A DNA stretch of 64,000 nt from Monocercomonoides exilis PA203. Lineage: Eukaryota > Protista > Preaxostyla. A model generated the notes under the pieces. That model saw only the letters and a list, made by a program, of their open reading frames with translations. It was not told the DNA's origin and searched no databases. A program made the position numbers and the translations under genes. The stretch is from NCBI GenBank assembly GCA_001643675.2, contig LSRY02000006.1, forward strand, positions 1,302,001-1,366,000, read 5' to 3'. Of this stretch, positions 11,208-20,634 are shown piece by piece; position 1 is the stretch's first letter; every line of letters begins with the position of its first letter.

Positions 11208-12068
11208 ATATTTTGAATTTGTTTTTTTTTTGGGTTATCAAAAATTCTAATAAATAAATATGATTTTTCCACTAATTAATGATTGAATTATCTTTTCAAA
11301 TGTGCTTTAAACATATGACTTCAAGTTTATCTTTAATTTGGCAATTTGGTGTCTTAGAACCATATTCCAAAATTTATCAAAAAAAATCTATATTTTCTAA
11401 TAACAATTTAAAAAATTAATATTAATGAGGTAATATTTTAATTTATGAATTTTGTTCAACACATTGATTTTTTGAAAATATTTTTTATTTTTTTTAATAA
11501 TTCCAACTTTATTTTGTACGAAAATTCCAGAATTTCATTTATTTTTTATTAGAAACAGTTTGGAACAGATCATTGATTTTTTCAAAAATGTCAAAAAACT
11601 GATCAATTTGAGATGATATAAATTTAAAAATTTCTATCAAATGATGTTATATGTGCACAGGTCACATTTCCAAATATTCAAAGAAAATTTTCAAAATAAA
11701 AGTTACGTTGGAAGAAATATTATGAAGAAAAAACATGTAACAAAAACATATTCAACTCTATCAAAAAATTCAGAAACTTGAATCAAGAGTTTCTAAAATA
11801 AAAAACTTGTCTAATAGTATTTTTTTCGAACCAAAAAAGACACTCGCATTTGTTTGAATTGTGCTTCAAAATAACAAACCATCTTTTCATTTCAAATTCA
11901 TTCAAAAATTGATCAGATCTTATTTTTAGCATGCAATAATATTTTCATTATTTGAAATGATAAAAAAATCGATAAAATTTTCAAATCCATCTTTTGAACT
12001 ACATTCATTTTGTTTAAAATTTGATAAACATTTTTTTCAATTTTTGTTTCAAAGCACTGATATTATTG

Positions 12069-12559
12069 GGTAAGTGGGCAGATAACGACCGGTTAAACTT
12101 TTCGATTAACATGTTTTAATTTATTTTCTCAATTATTAATTAATGCAATTATGATATTTCTAAAGTGGTTTTCGAATTACAATGATTCAAAGCTGAGAAA
12201 ACCTATCTTTAAAATACAAAAGGAGTATTTAGTTAAAAAACTTCCCCACCTTAAATAAAAAAAACCCTAATCAGTTGATTAAATTTAAAGTTTTCGTTAA
12301 ACAAAACCCTAATAAACACATTGACAAAAGGAAAATCTTTATTTCCAATAAAAACCTAATAAAAATAATCTCTCTTATATATCTTAGGGGTTTGATCATT
12401 GATTTTTTATAACTCCTGGTTTATATATACTAAAAATTTTCAGTTTTTAATCGAATATTTCTATTATTTGCGAATTTTAACTTCTGAAAATGGGTTTTTC
12501 AAGGTCAATATTTCTTCTTTTTGATAATTTTTTTACCGGTTGCTATGTACCCTCTTTCC
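12069..12559. mobile_element. Non-autonomous DNA transposon (491 bp) with GG...CC termini and 8-bp TSD TATTATTG (Merlin-type signature)
   Basis: TATTATTG at 12061-12068 and 12560-12567. Left end GGTAAGTGGGCAGATAACGACCGGTTAAA vs right-end reverse complement GGAAAGAGGGTACATAGCAACCGGTAAAA (22/29). Internal AAAACC(C)TAAT repeats. Confidence 0.75.
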
Positions 12560-12663
12560 TATTATTGTTATTAGTATTATCATTTTTGTAAACTTGTTTT
12601 TATTTTCGAGTGTTACGATCATTTACATAATTGTATTATTATGAAATAAATATTTGATTTTCT

Positions 12664-15600
12664 ATGTCAGTGAGATTTTCCTGTATACACGGAAAGATTA
12701 GAATTTTGAAATTATTATTATGCTTTGCTATCTTGCTATGTTCAACGGAAAAAAGATATTTTGCGACTTTAAAAGAATCTTATTTAGATGAAGAATTACA
12801 AAGCTATCAGAACTATGGATCATTCTCAATAGCTTGCGCAAAGACTTCATCAATAAATAAAAAACCATTGCTTCCATTTAGAACAAAGTCATGTGAAGAT
12901 TTACCTTCATTTTGCTTTACTGAAGGCAACTTTATTTATCATAATTCATCAGGAGAATTGTATCGAATTAACCTTATCCAAACGGAAAAACTGAATTTTA
13001 TAAAGCTTGATTCAGCTTCAACTTTAAAGATTTCATTGTGCAGATTAATTTTATCAAATGATGAATCCAACAAAACATTTTTCAATTTCAATGGGAACTT
13101 ACAACTTTACAACATTTCATTATCAACAAAAACTGACTCACTTAACATGCCATCTCTTTTTTCTTGTCCAGAGCCTTCGAAACATAAGCATGAATTTGGA
13201 TCCTTGACAATTTCTTCTTCATTGATGGATTCATATTTTCTTACCGCAGGACCTTTGGTATACTCGCCATCTACAATAACCACCAATCTATTTTTTTGTG
13301 ATTTTGCAAATATCACTTCATCGCTTCATCAGAAATTTCCGTTTTCTTCATCAACTGTATCACATTTTACAAATATCCACAGTTGCTCGTTCAATTTTGT
13401 AAATAATGCATATTATGGCTGTATATTACTATCAATTAACAATCCATTACACTCATTAACAGCCACTAATACTTCCTTTTCATCTTGCTCGCATTTATCA
13501 AATAAAAGATACGAACACCAGACATTGCCAAGAACAATACTAACTTCTCAAGAAGATCATTCATTTGAATTCGTTTATTGCCAATGGCTCAATAATAAAG
13601 GAAAAGACAAAGGACAAGGAGTGTGCTTGGAAAGAGAGGATACACAAGTTACAGATATTATTATTTCATGTTGCTCATTTTGCGGATGCCAATCAGAAGA
13701 TGCCGGGGCTGCACTTTACTTATCTGGATCAATATCCGTTGTTATGGAAAATAGTACAATTGACAATTGTAATTCAGAAATTGCCGGTTCCAAAAATAAT
13801 GTTGGAGGAGCAATAAATGCTTGGGGAATTACATCATTTAAAATGTCATTCAGTGAAATCAACAATTGTACTTCGAAAAGTGATGCAGCTATACTCATTC
13901 AAATGACTGAAACAAAAATTGACGAATCATATGTACTTGATGATGCACATTCTCTTTTAATTTCTTCATGCTGCTTTGATAATTGCAGTTCAAATGGTCT
14001 TGGAGGAGCTTTGCTTCTGAAAAATTTGGAAAACACTTTTCAAATTGATAACTGCAGTTATTTAAAAGATAGATCACAGAAAGGAGGATGCATTTACATT
14101 CAATTTAATGATAAAAGCACCTTTTATCAAAAGAATTTCATGGATAAAAGCATCTCGCCCTGCATTTTGATGTGCGGGTTTTGGTGTTCCAATGCAATAT
14201 CTTTGGGTAAAGTTGCAGTTATCGAGAGTGATGAAGATCTTGATAAAGGCGAAAAGTTATTTACAAATTGTATAACCGATGAGCTATCGATGATGGCTGA
14301 TGAAGTAGTACAGATACAAAGTTTTCTGGAAAAACCTATTCCTTTGAAAAAATCTTTGACTCAAGGCAGCAGATTTATTATTCTTGATTATAGCGCATCG
14401 GATAATGTTGCATGTGGATCATCAGATCTCAATCCTTGTAAATCCCTAAAGCGTGCACTTAGAAAAGCTGAACAATGTGAAACTGATTACATAATTCAAG
14501 GAAATCAAGCTTTTGAAATCGAATACGAAACAGAAATGAACCACATCACAATTTCAATTGATGGAAAAAATCAAGGAAGATTGACATTTCCTCAAATTAC
14601 AAAAGAACATTATCTAGTTCCGCGGCTTATAATTGAATCTTCTTGCGTTTTACTAAAGAATCTCAAAATTATTATACCGCTACAAGAAGCGCCAAATATT
14701 GATTATTTGATATATTTGAATAGAAACGCGGAGTACCAGCAATCGTTTATGATTGAAAATTGCTCGTTTGAAGGAAATAACAAAAAGCAGAATGATGAGC
14801 AAGATGAAATGCATAGCTCGTTGTTAAAAATAAGCGATAATGCACTCACAACTTTTGTTAATTGTTCTATTGCTGATTTATTACTGTGTAGCCCTTTGTT
14901 AACCAATTATCAAAGTCAGAATTGTTCATTGGTCATCAATTGCTCAAAAATTGAAAATTTGACAAGTACACAAAACGTAACTGCTTTTGGACAATTTTAT
15001 GGAGATTATCAGACATCTCAATTTCGAATGTGCAATTCTTCAGTTTCAAATATAGTAGCGGCAAATAGTAAAAGTGGAGGGTTTATGAATTGTTTGATGT
15101 ATGGCGATAGCTTATTCTTTGTGTCACTCTCAAGTTTTTCTAATTGTGGAGCAGACAGTCAAGGAGGAGCTTTCCATTTAGAAACTTCATACAGTTCGAG
15201 ATTAATTTTCGATCAAATCAGCTTTAGCGATAACAAAGCCAAAGAAGGCAATGACATGTATTTTCGCACCGATGACTTAACAGCCCTGGATGTTGTTGCT
15301 TTATTTGGATTTGCACCTCAGACTCAGCCCTATAGTTCAATTTTTTGTGTAGATAATGGTGTTTATTCCAGTGGAATAATGCTGGACGATTTATTGACAA
15401 AATACACATCGGAGAAGATTTATTTCTCAGCTGCTCTCGGAGTAGATTTTGTGAAATGTGGAGAGAAGCAGCTACCATGCAGAACTATTGATTATGGATG
15501 GACTCATTTGAAACCAAAAGGAACAGCAATGATCATTGATTTGATATATTTCAAATCTGCTTGCCAGTTGGGTGATGTGGAAATCACCTCTTCAAATGGA

Positions 15601-18600
15601 AAAGAAGGCATTGCAATAATTATTCTTGATCCTTCAGGATTTTCGAATGATTCTATCCCAATGAAAATAAATTCTTCAATGACCGTAAGTTATGTTAACT
15701 TTGTGTGCTCAACACTAACTTTGAATAAATGCGTTTTCAATCAAGTTGACGGAGAGACAGTTTGGGAAAACTCGAAGATTACATTAACATCGTCATCTCC
15801 TGCAGAGGGAATTAATTATTTGCTTTATAGTATTGATAAGAAAAGCTATAAAGCATTGAATTTATCAATATCTGGAGAAAATATCAATTATGGTACATCT
15901 TTATTTGAGTTTACAGAAAAAACAGAATCAATTAACTTCGAAAATATTTCTATTGAAGGAGTGAATACCCAAAAAGATGTGATTGTAGTGAAAACCAATG
16001 ACAAGGACTATTTCGTGAAGCAAAGCGTGCAAATATGCAATTTCTCAATAAGATATGCATCAACAAATATATTTTCAGCATCATCGCTTAAAGATAATCC
16101 TCACTATGGTCGCATTTTATTCAGTGAAACAAATAATGTGCAATCAATTTGCCTTATAAACGAATCTTTTCAGAAAATGCATGGAGATAAAGAAAATCCA
16201 AAAGGTGGTGCAGTTTGTGCAATTTTAGCTCCATCATCAGAACTTTTTCTCAAGAAATGCGCTGCAACTTTGAATGGGTGGAGTTCATCTGAAACCCCAT
16301 ACGAAAATTCAAAGGGTGGCGCATTTTACTTTTCTTGTTCTCATAGTTACACTCAACTAACATTCACAGAGCTAGAAATAAATAAAAATACAGCCAAAGT
16401 TGGCAACGATATATTTTTCAGTTGTCCAGATTCACCTTCATACACAACAGAACATTTCGATATCAAATTTTTGGATAATTCGTGGAAAGAGGTTAATTCA
16501 ATCATGGTTTTGATTGAAAACGACCCTCAGGAAAGCATTTTAGTAGATTTCAGCGAATTAAACAGATTTTACAATTGGACAATTTATGTTAAAAGGAGCA
16601 AAGAAAATGCTTGCAACTTAAGTCCAACACCTTTGAAACAATTTTTGAAAAGCGGAGCAAGTGCCGAGAAGCAATTTATTGATGATGAAAGCGCAAAATT
16701 TCCTTTTTCCGAGGATAATTATGGCCATGATGTTTTCTTTTGTGGGAAGTCCACACTACCATGCAGCACCATTGATTATGCCGTTCAGCATTTGAAAAAA
16801 AAATCAAACGAACATTACCAAAACTCAGATGATGAATCCGATATAAAGCTTGTAATAATTGGAGAAACATACTTGCATTCTTTTATCAACAAAGATTCTC
16901 TCGAGATTTTTGGGTATGACGGTGACTCAGCGATGCTATTGGAAGAAGAGAATTCTTTTAGTAAAAACTGTTCATTCTTGCTTAGAAAAGACAAAGAAGC
17001 AAATGATCAAGCGAAAATTTCACTTAAAGGAAAATGCAATGTCAAAAATATAAAATTGAAATTTTTAGCAAATCTTACAGTGGAGAGTCTATTTCTATTT
17101 CAAGAAGGTTCATTGAACATAAATTATGTATATGCAATTGCTCCCAATAAGAATATTATTGTTCCAAAACTATTTACAATCTTAAAAGGAGAATTTTTGT
17201 GCAACTACTTTGCGATAACTTCAATGATCCTTAGTGGCAATTCTGCACTTTTCACGTTCACTGTTTCACCCGAGGATACGGTGAGAGCTGCATTCAATTT
17301 CTGCACATTTAAGGATATTACTTTAAGTGAAACAGGAAAGTTGATTAGCTATTTAAACGAGACACATACAAATAAAAATTCTTTGGATGAAGTTCAAAGC
17401 TCAACTAAATCTTTGCCTTCTCTTGAATCTCATTCACTTCATTTAACTGAATTACCATTTCACAACAAAAGCAGTGCTGATGAAAATTTAAGTTGCTTGA
17501 ACTTTACTAGTGCTAATGTGTCGCTTATATCAAACAAGCCAACAACAACAAAATTCATTTCATTATTGCGATGTCCTTCTGCAAGCATCAACAATTGCTT
17601 AATTTCATTTTCCGAAGAATCTCATTCTAACATTGCGTTATGCAGCAAAGCACTCACTCATTTATCTGAAGGAGAGGATAATTCGATGTGTTCGTGGGAA
17701 AATTCACTGCTGGAATTCGTCGAGTCAAATGTCTCTATTATTAACACAAATTTCTCAACAAAAGAAATGGGAGCCATCACTTTGGCTAACGGAAAGTTAG
17801 AATTGGATTCGGTATCTCTGAGCGGGAATTTTGCTGGAATTACATCTTTTCCAAACATTGCTCACAACATTATCTGCTTAAATGATGGATCAATAACACT
17901 CACTAACGTTGGCCCAGAAACAGAATCTAATGAAACTTTTAAGAATTATTGGATTATGAAAAATCAATGCAATCTTGTTGGATTCCCAGAAAATCTTCCA
18001 TCTTACTTGTTTGTCCCAATTCCAGAAGGGGTGACGCGAACGAAAAAAGAAAATGCAGTTGATGTAAGTTTAACGGGCAAGTATTTAATAAATTGCAATC
18101 TTCAGATGGCAATTCTTATTGGCAACTCTTCAACGGTAACAAACCCACTTGACATGTCTGTCAAAGAAACAGCAACAATTACAGATAATCCACATGAAGG
18201 CATTATTACTGCGGAGTTTTCTTCTGATTCTATTTTTGGAATTGATGACAATATGTATGTATTCGCTTCACTTACAATCGAAAACACTGAAAATCCAAAC
18301 AAATCTTATTTCACTCCACCGATATTGATACCCCGCACAAAACCCAGAAAGCCGCTTAGTCCCTTAGCACTATCGTTGATAATTGGCTTTTCTGCAGTCA
18401 TTGCTTCATTGATTTTAATTTTGTTTTTTATAATCTTACGATACAAGAAAATCAAACGAAGAAGACTGGATGAAGCTAAAGCATCAAGTGACCAAAACTC
18501 TAGCAATAAATCATCAGATATTTCTCAAAATTCGCAACAAAAATCTCAATATCGTATTGTACTACGTCCAGTTCAGGGATTAGATGATGAAGGAATTGTG

Positions 18601-18642
18601 TATTTTCCTAAAGACGAACAGGAACCTTTCTTTGAGGATTAA
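12664..18642 (+). CDS. Large Cys-rich type I membrane/surface protein (1992 aa), same family as 1-6273
   Basis: N-terminal hydrophobic signal (KLLLCFAILLCS). GGA(I/L/F) motifs, NxAKxGNDxxF motifs, CG...PCxT/SI modules (CGSSDLNPCKSL, CGEKQLPCRTI, CGKSTLPCSTI). TM segment LSLIIGFSAVIASLILILFFIIL + RYKKIKRRR and a short tail. Single exon. Confidence 0.85.
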   Translation: MSVRFSCIHGKIRILKLLLCFAILLCSTEKRYFATLKESYLDEELQSYQNYGSFSIACAKTSSINKKPLLPFRTKSCEDLPSFCFTEGNFIYHNSSGELYRINLIQTEKLNFIKLDSASTLKISLCRLILSNDESNKTFFNFNGNLQLYNISLSTKTDSLNMPSLFSCPEPSKHKHEFGSLTISSSLMDSYFLTAGPLVYSPSTITTNLFFCDFANITSSLHQKFPFSSSTVSHFTNIHSCSFNFVNNAYYGCILLSINNPLHSLTATNTSFSSCSHLSNKRYEHQTLPRTILTSQEDHSFEFVYCQWLNNKGKDKGQGVCLEREDTQVTDIIISCCSFCGCQSEDAGAALYLSGSISVVMENSTIDNCNSEIAGSKNNVGGAINAWGITSFKMSFSEINNCTSKSDAAILIQMTETKIDESYVLDDAHSLLISSCCFDNCSSNGLGGALLLKNLENTFQIDNCSYLKDRSQKGGCIYIQFNDKSTFYQKNFMDKSISPCILMCGFWCSNAISLGKVAVIESDEDLDKGEKLFTNCITDELSMMADEVVQIQSFLEKPIPLKKSLTQGSRFIILDYSASDNVACGSSDLNPCKSLKRALRKAEQCETDYIIQGNQAFEIEYETEMNHITISIDGKNQGRLTFPQITKEHYLVPRLIIESSCVLLKNLKIIIPLQEAPNIDYLIYLNRNAEYQQSFMIENCSFEGNNKKQNDEQDEMHSSLLKISDNALTTFVNCSIADLLLCSPLLTNYQSQNCSLVINCSKIENLTSTQNVTAFGQFYGDYQTSQFRMCNSSVSNIVAANSKSGGFMNCLMYGDSLFFVSLSSFSNCGADSQGGAFHLETSYSSRLIFDQISFSDNKAKEGNDMYFRTDDLTALDVVALFGFAPQTQPYSSIFCVDNGVYSSGIMLDDLLTKYTSEKIYFSAALGVDFVKCGEKQLPCRTIDYGWTHLKPKGTAMIIDLIYFKSACQLGDVEITSSNGKEGIAIIILDPSGFSNDSIPMKINSSMTVSYVNFVCSTLTLNKCVFNQVDGETVWENSKITLTSSSPAEGINYLLYSIDKKSYKALNLSISGENINYGTSLFEFTEKTESINFENISIEGVNTQKDVIVVKTNDKDYFVKQSVQICNFSIRYASTNIFSASSLKDNPHYGRILFSETNNVQSICLINESFQKMHGDKENPKGGAVCAILAPSSELFLKKCAATLNGWSSSETPYENSKGGAFYFSCSHSYTQLTFTELEINKNTAKVGNDIFFSCPDSPSYTTEHFDIKFLDNSWKEVNSIMVLIENDPQESILVDFSELNRFYNWTIYVKRSKENACNLSPTPLKQFLKSGASAEKQFIDDESAKFPFSEDNYGHDVFFCGKSTLPCSTIDYAVQHLKKKSNEHYQNSDDESDIKLVIIGETYLHSFINKDSLEIFGYDGDSAMLLEEENSFSKNCSFLLRKDKEANDQAKISLKGKCNVKNIKLKFLANLTVESLFLFQEGSLNINYVYAIAPNKNIIVPKLFTILKGEFLCNYFAITSMILSGNSALFTFTVSPEDTVRAAFNFCTFKDITLSETGKLISYLNETHTNKNSLDEVQSSTKSLPSLESHSLHLTELPFHNKSSADENLSCLNFTSANVSLISNKPTTTKFISLLRCPSASINNCLISFSEESHSNIALCSKALTHLSEGEDNSMCSWENSLLEFVESNVSIINTNFSTKEMGAITLANGKLELDSVSLSGNFAGITSFPNIAHNIICLNDGSITLTNVGPETESNETFKNYWIMKNQCNLVGFPENLPSYLFVPIPEGVTRTKKENAVDVSLTGKYLINCNLQMAILIGNSSTVTNPLDMSVKETATITDNPHEGIITAEFSSDSIFGIDDNMYVFASLTIENTENPNKSYFTPPILIPRTKPRKPLSPLALSLIIGFSAVIASLILILFFIILRYKKIKRRRLDEAKASSDQNSSNKSSDISQNSQQKSQYRIVLRPVQGLDDEGIVYFPKDEQEPFFED

Positions 18643-19055
18643 ATAGAGAGTTTTCTTTTCACCAGTTCTTTTTTTTATAATTCATTGTGTTATTTTTTTT
18701 TTTTTTTTTGACTTTTTTATAGAGTTTGTTTTGTTCTGTAATTTTGAAATTCTTCATTAATTACATTCATTTCCCCATCAAATTAACTTTTTTTTTTTTT
18801 TTTTTGATATTGGAAAACAATTCTAAAAAAAAAAAAAAAAATTAATAAAAACACTTTTATTTCCAATTTTTTTTTTTTTTGAACTCTCCAATCATTGTCA
18901 CATAATGTTGAAATGCCCAATTTTAAATAAAAATGCAATGCTACAATAGAATTGAACGATTCAAATTTCCGCAAATGATTTTTAACAAATCTCAAATCTA
19001 TCTATCATAAACAATGATAACTATATTCAACAAAAGAGATTCTGAAAGTTTTAAT

Positions 19056-20226
19056 TTATTCTTCTTTCTTAACTCCTTCAGATTTATCTAATTTTTTATC
19101 TTCATTATCTTTAGAATCTCCACAAAGAATGCAAGAAGTTTGTTTTCCTCTAATTCTCACAACACGAGGTAAAAACGCTTTTCCATCAAGAACAAATATC
19201 TGATTTCACAATTCACATTAAAAACGAAAAATCAGCACACGAAAAAGAATTTTAAAAAAAGGAAAATAAAAAAAAAATGAAATCAATAAAAAATTAAGAG
19301 AATAATACCTTTGATGACAGAGATGGAAATCCCAAAACCACTTTGATAGCTTCAAGTGCTTGAACCGTACTAATAATGTTTACAACTGGTCCACTCTTCG
19401 AAAAAATAAAAGTGAACAAAATATAAAATGCGAATATGAGACAAAAAACTTTACACAAACAACACCAATTTGAAATGCTTTTTTAACAAATTGACTTTCG
19501 GGAGGGATTGGATGAATACACCTTAAGCATGGACCATCTCCGAAATTGTAAGTTGTACATTGCCCGTCCCAAGCCACTGCATCTCCTGCCACAAGTGGAA
19601 TGTGAAGCTTTGCCGTTGCATCTCCGATAATATATCTAACATCAACACTGTCAGTGCATTCACACACAACATCATACGAGGACAAAAGATCGTGCAGTTC
19701 GGATTCCTTCGTGTTCCTGTCAATTTTCATTGAAATTGGTAAAAATTTAACATAGCTTGTTTTGCAATGGCGCATGAGCTGAATCATTGCTGAATCAATC
19801 TTCTTCATTCCTACTGTTTCCTCTGTATGAAGCGTTTGACGATGTATGTTCGTCAACTCAACTTCATCAAAATCAACAAGCCCAATTGTACCTGAAAATA
19901 ATTGTGAGTACACGAACTAAAAAAAAATTCATTCTTAATTTAATTTAACCTATTCCACTTAAAGCGAGATGTAAAGCACAGTTGCATCCAAGACCACCAA
20001 CTCCAACAACTAATATTTTGCTCTTCTTCAGTTTCATTTGTCCTAAAAAAATTGAAATTTTTATACATAATTTAACAAAGATGTATATTTTCAAAAATTG
20101 CAAATAACCTTCTGCTCCAATTTCTGGAAGTTGCATTTGCCTTTCATAACGAGAAAAGTCTTCATTCATCAAAGAATCTTCTTTACAGGAAAGTGGATCT
20201 GTTTCATCAGGCTTTGAAAATGACAT
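19056..20226 (-). CDS. UBA4: UBA4/MOCS3/MoeB-like ThiF-family adenylyltransferase without rhodanese domain, 5 exons: 20226-20109, 20042-19950, 19891-19461, 19395-19309, 19199-19056 (~290 aa)
   Basis: [84 protein letters not shown] and C-terminal CILCG. All four introns are GT-AG and keep the frame. Confidence 0.85.
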
Positions 20227-20634
20227 CTTTTCAATGAAAATCAAGATATTATTCAGTCACGTGCAATCTTTCACAAAAAAACTAACAATAATAAAAAAAA
20301 ATAAATAGAATTTTTTTTCTCCAAATGTTTGATTCTTCAAAAATCACAACTTGCATGACAAATGTGACAAAACATAACAATTGTTTGCTTTTATAAAATA
20401 TTGATTTTTCGAAAAAAAGAAATATGATGGGCACAAAAAATTAATTGTGCTTTTTTGTTGTAAATTGGGGCTTATAGTTTGTAACAATAAAATATCCGTT
20501 TTCAAGTTAGATAAGTATCAAGTCCCTCGTATACAATAAGCCTTTCCGTTTTCTATCTTCTCGAAAAGTTATTTTCAAAAAGATAATTTTGTTTTTCAGG
20601 AATAAAATTGGCAATTGAGCTATTGTTATAAATT

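Noticed and set aside
12262-12392. CCCTAA/TTAGGG motifs as interstitial telomere
   Set aside because: Isolated single units within a MITE, not a tandem array.
18783-18995. Possible downstream exon supplying a rhodanese domain to UBA4
   Set aside because: AT-rich with long A/T homopolymers, no CRxG-type active-site loop, and it lies after a clean TAA stop.
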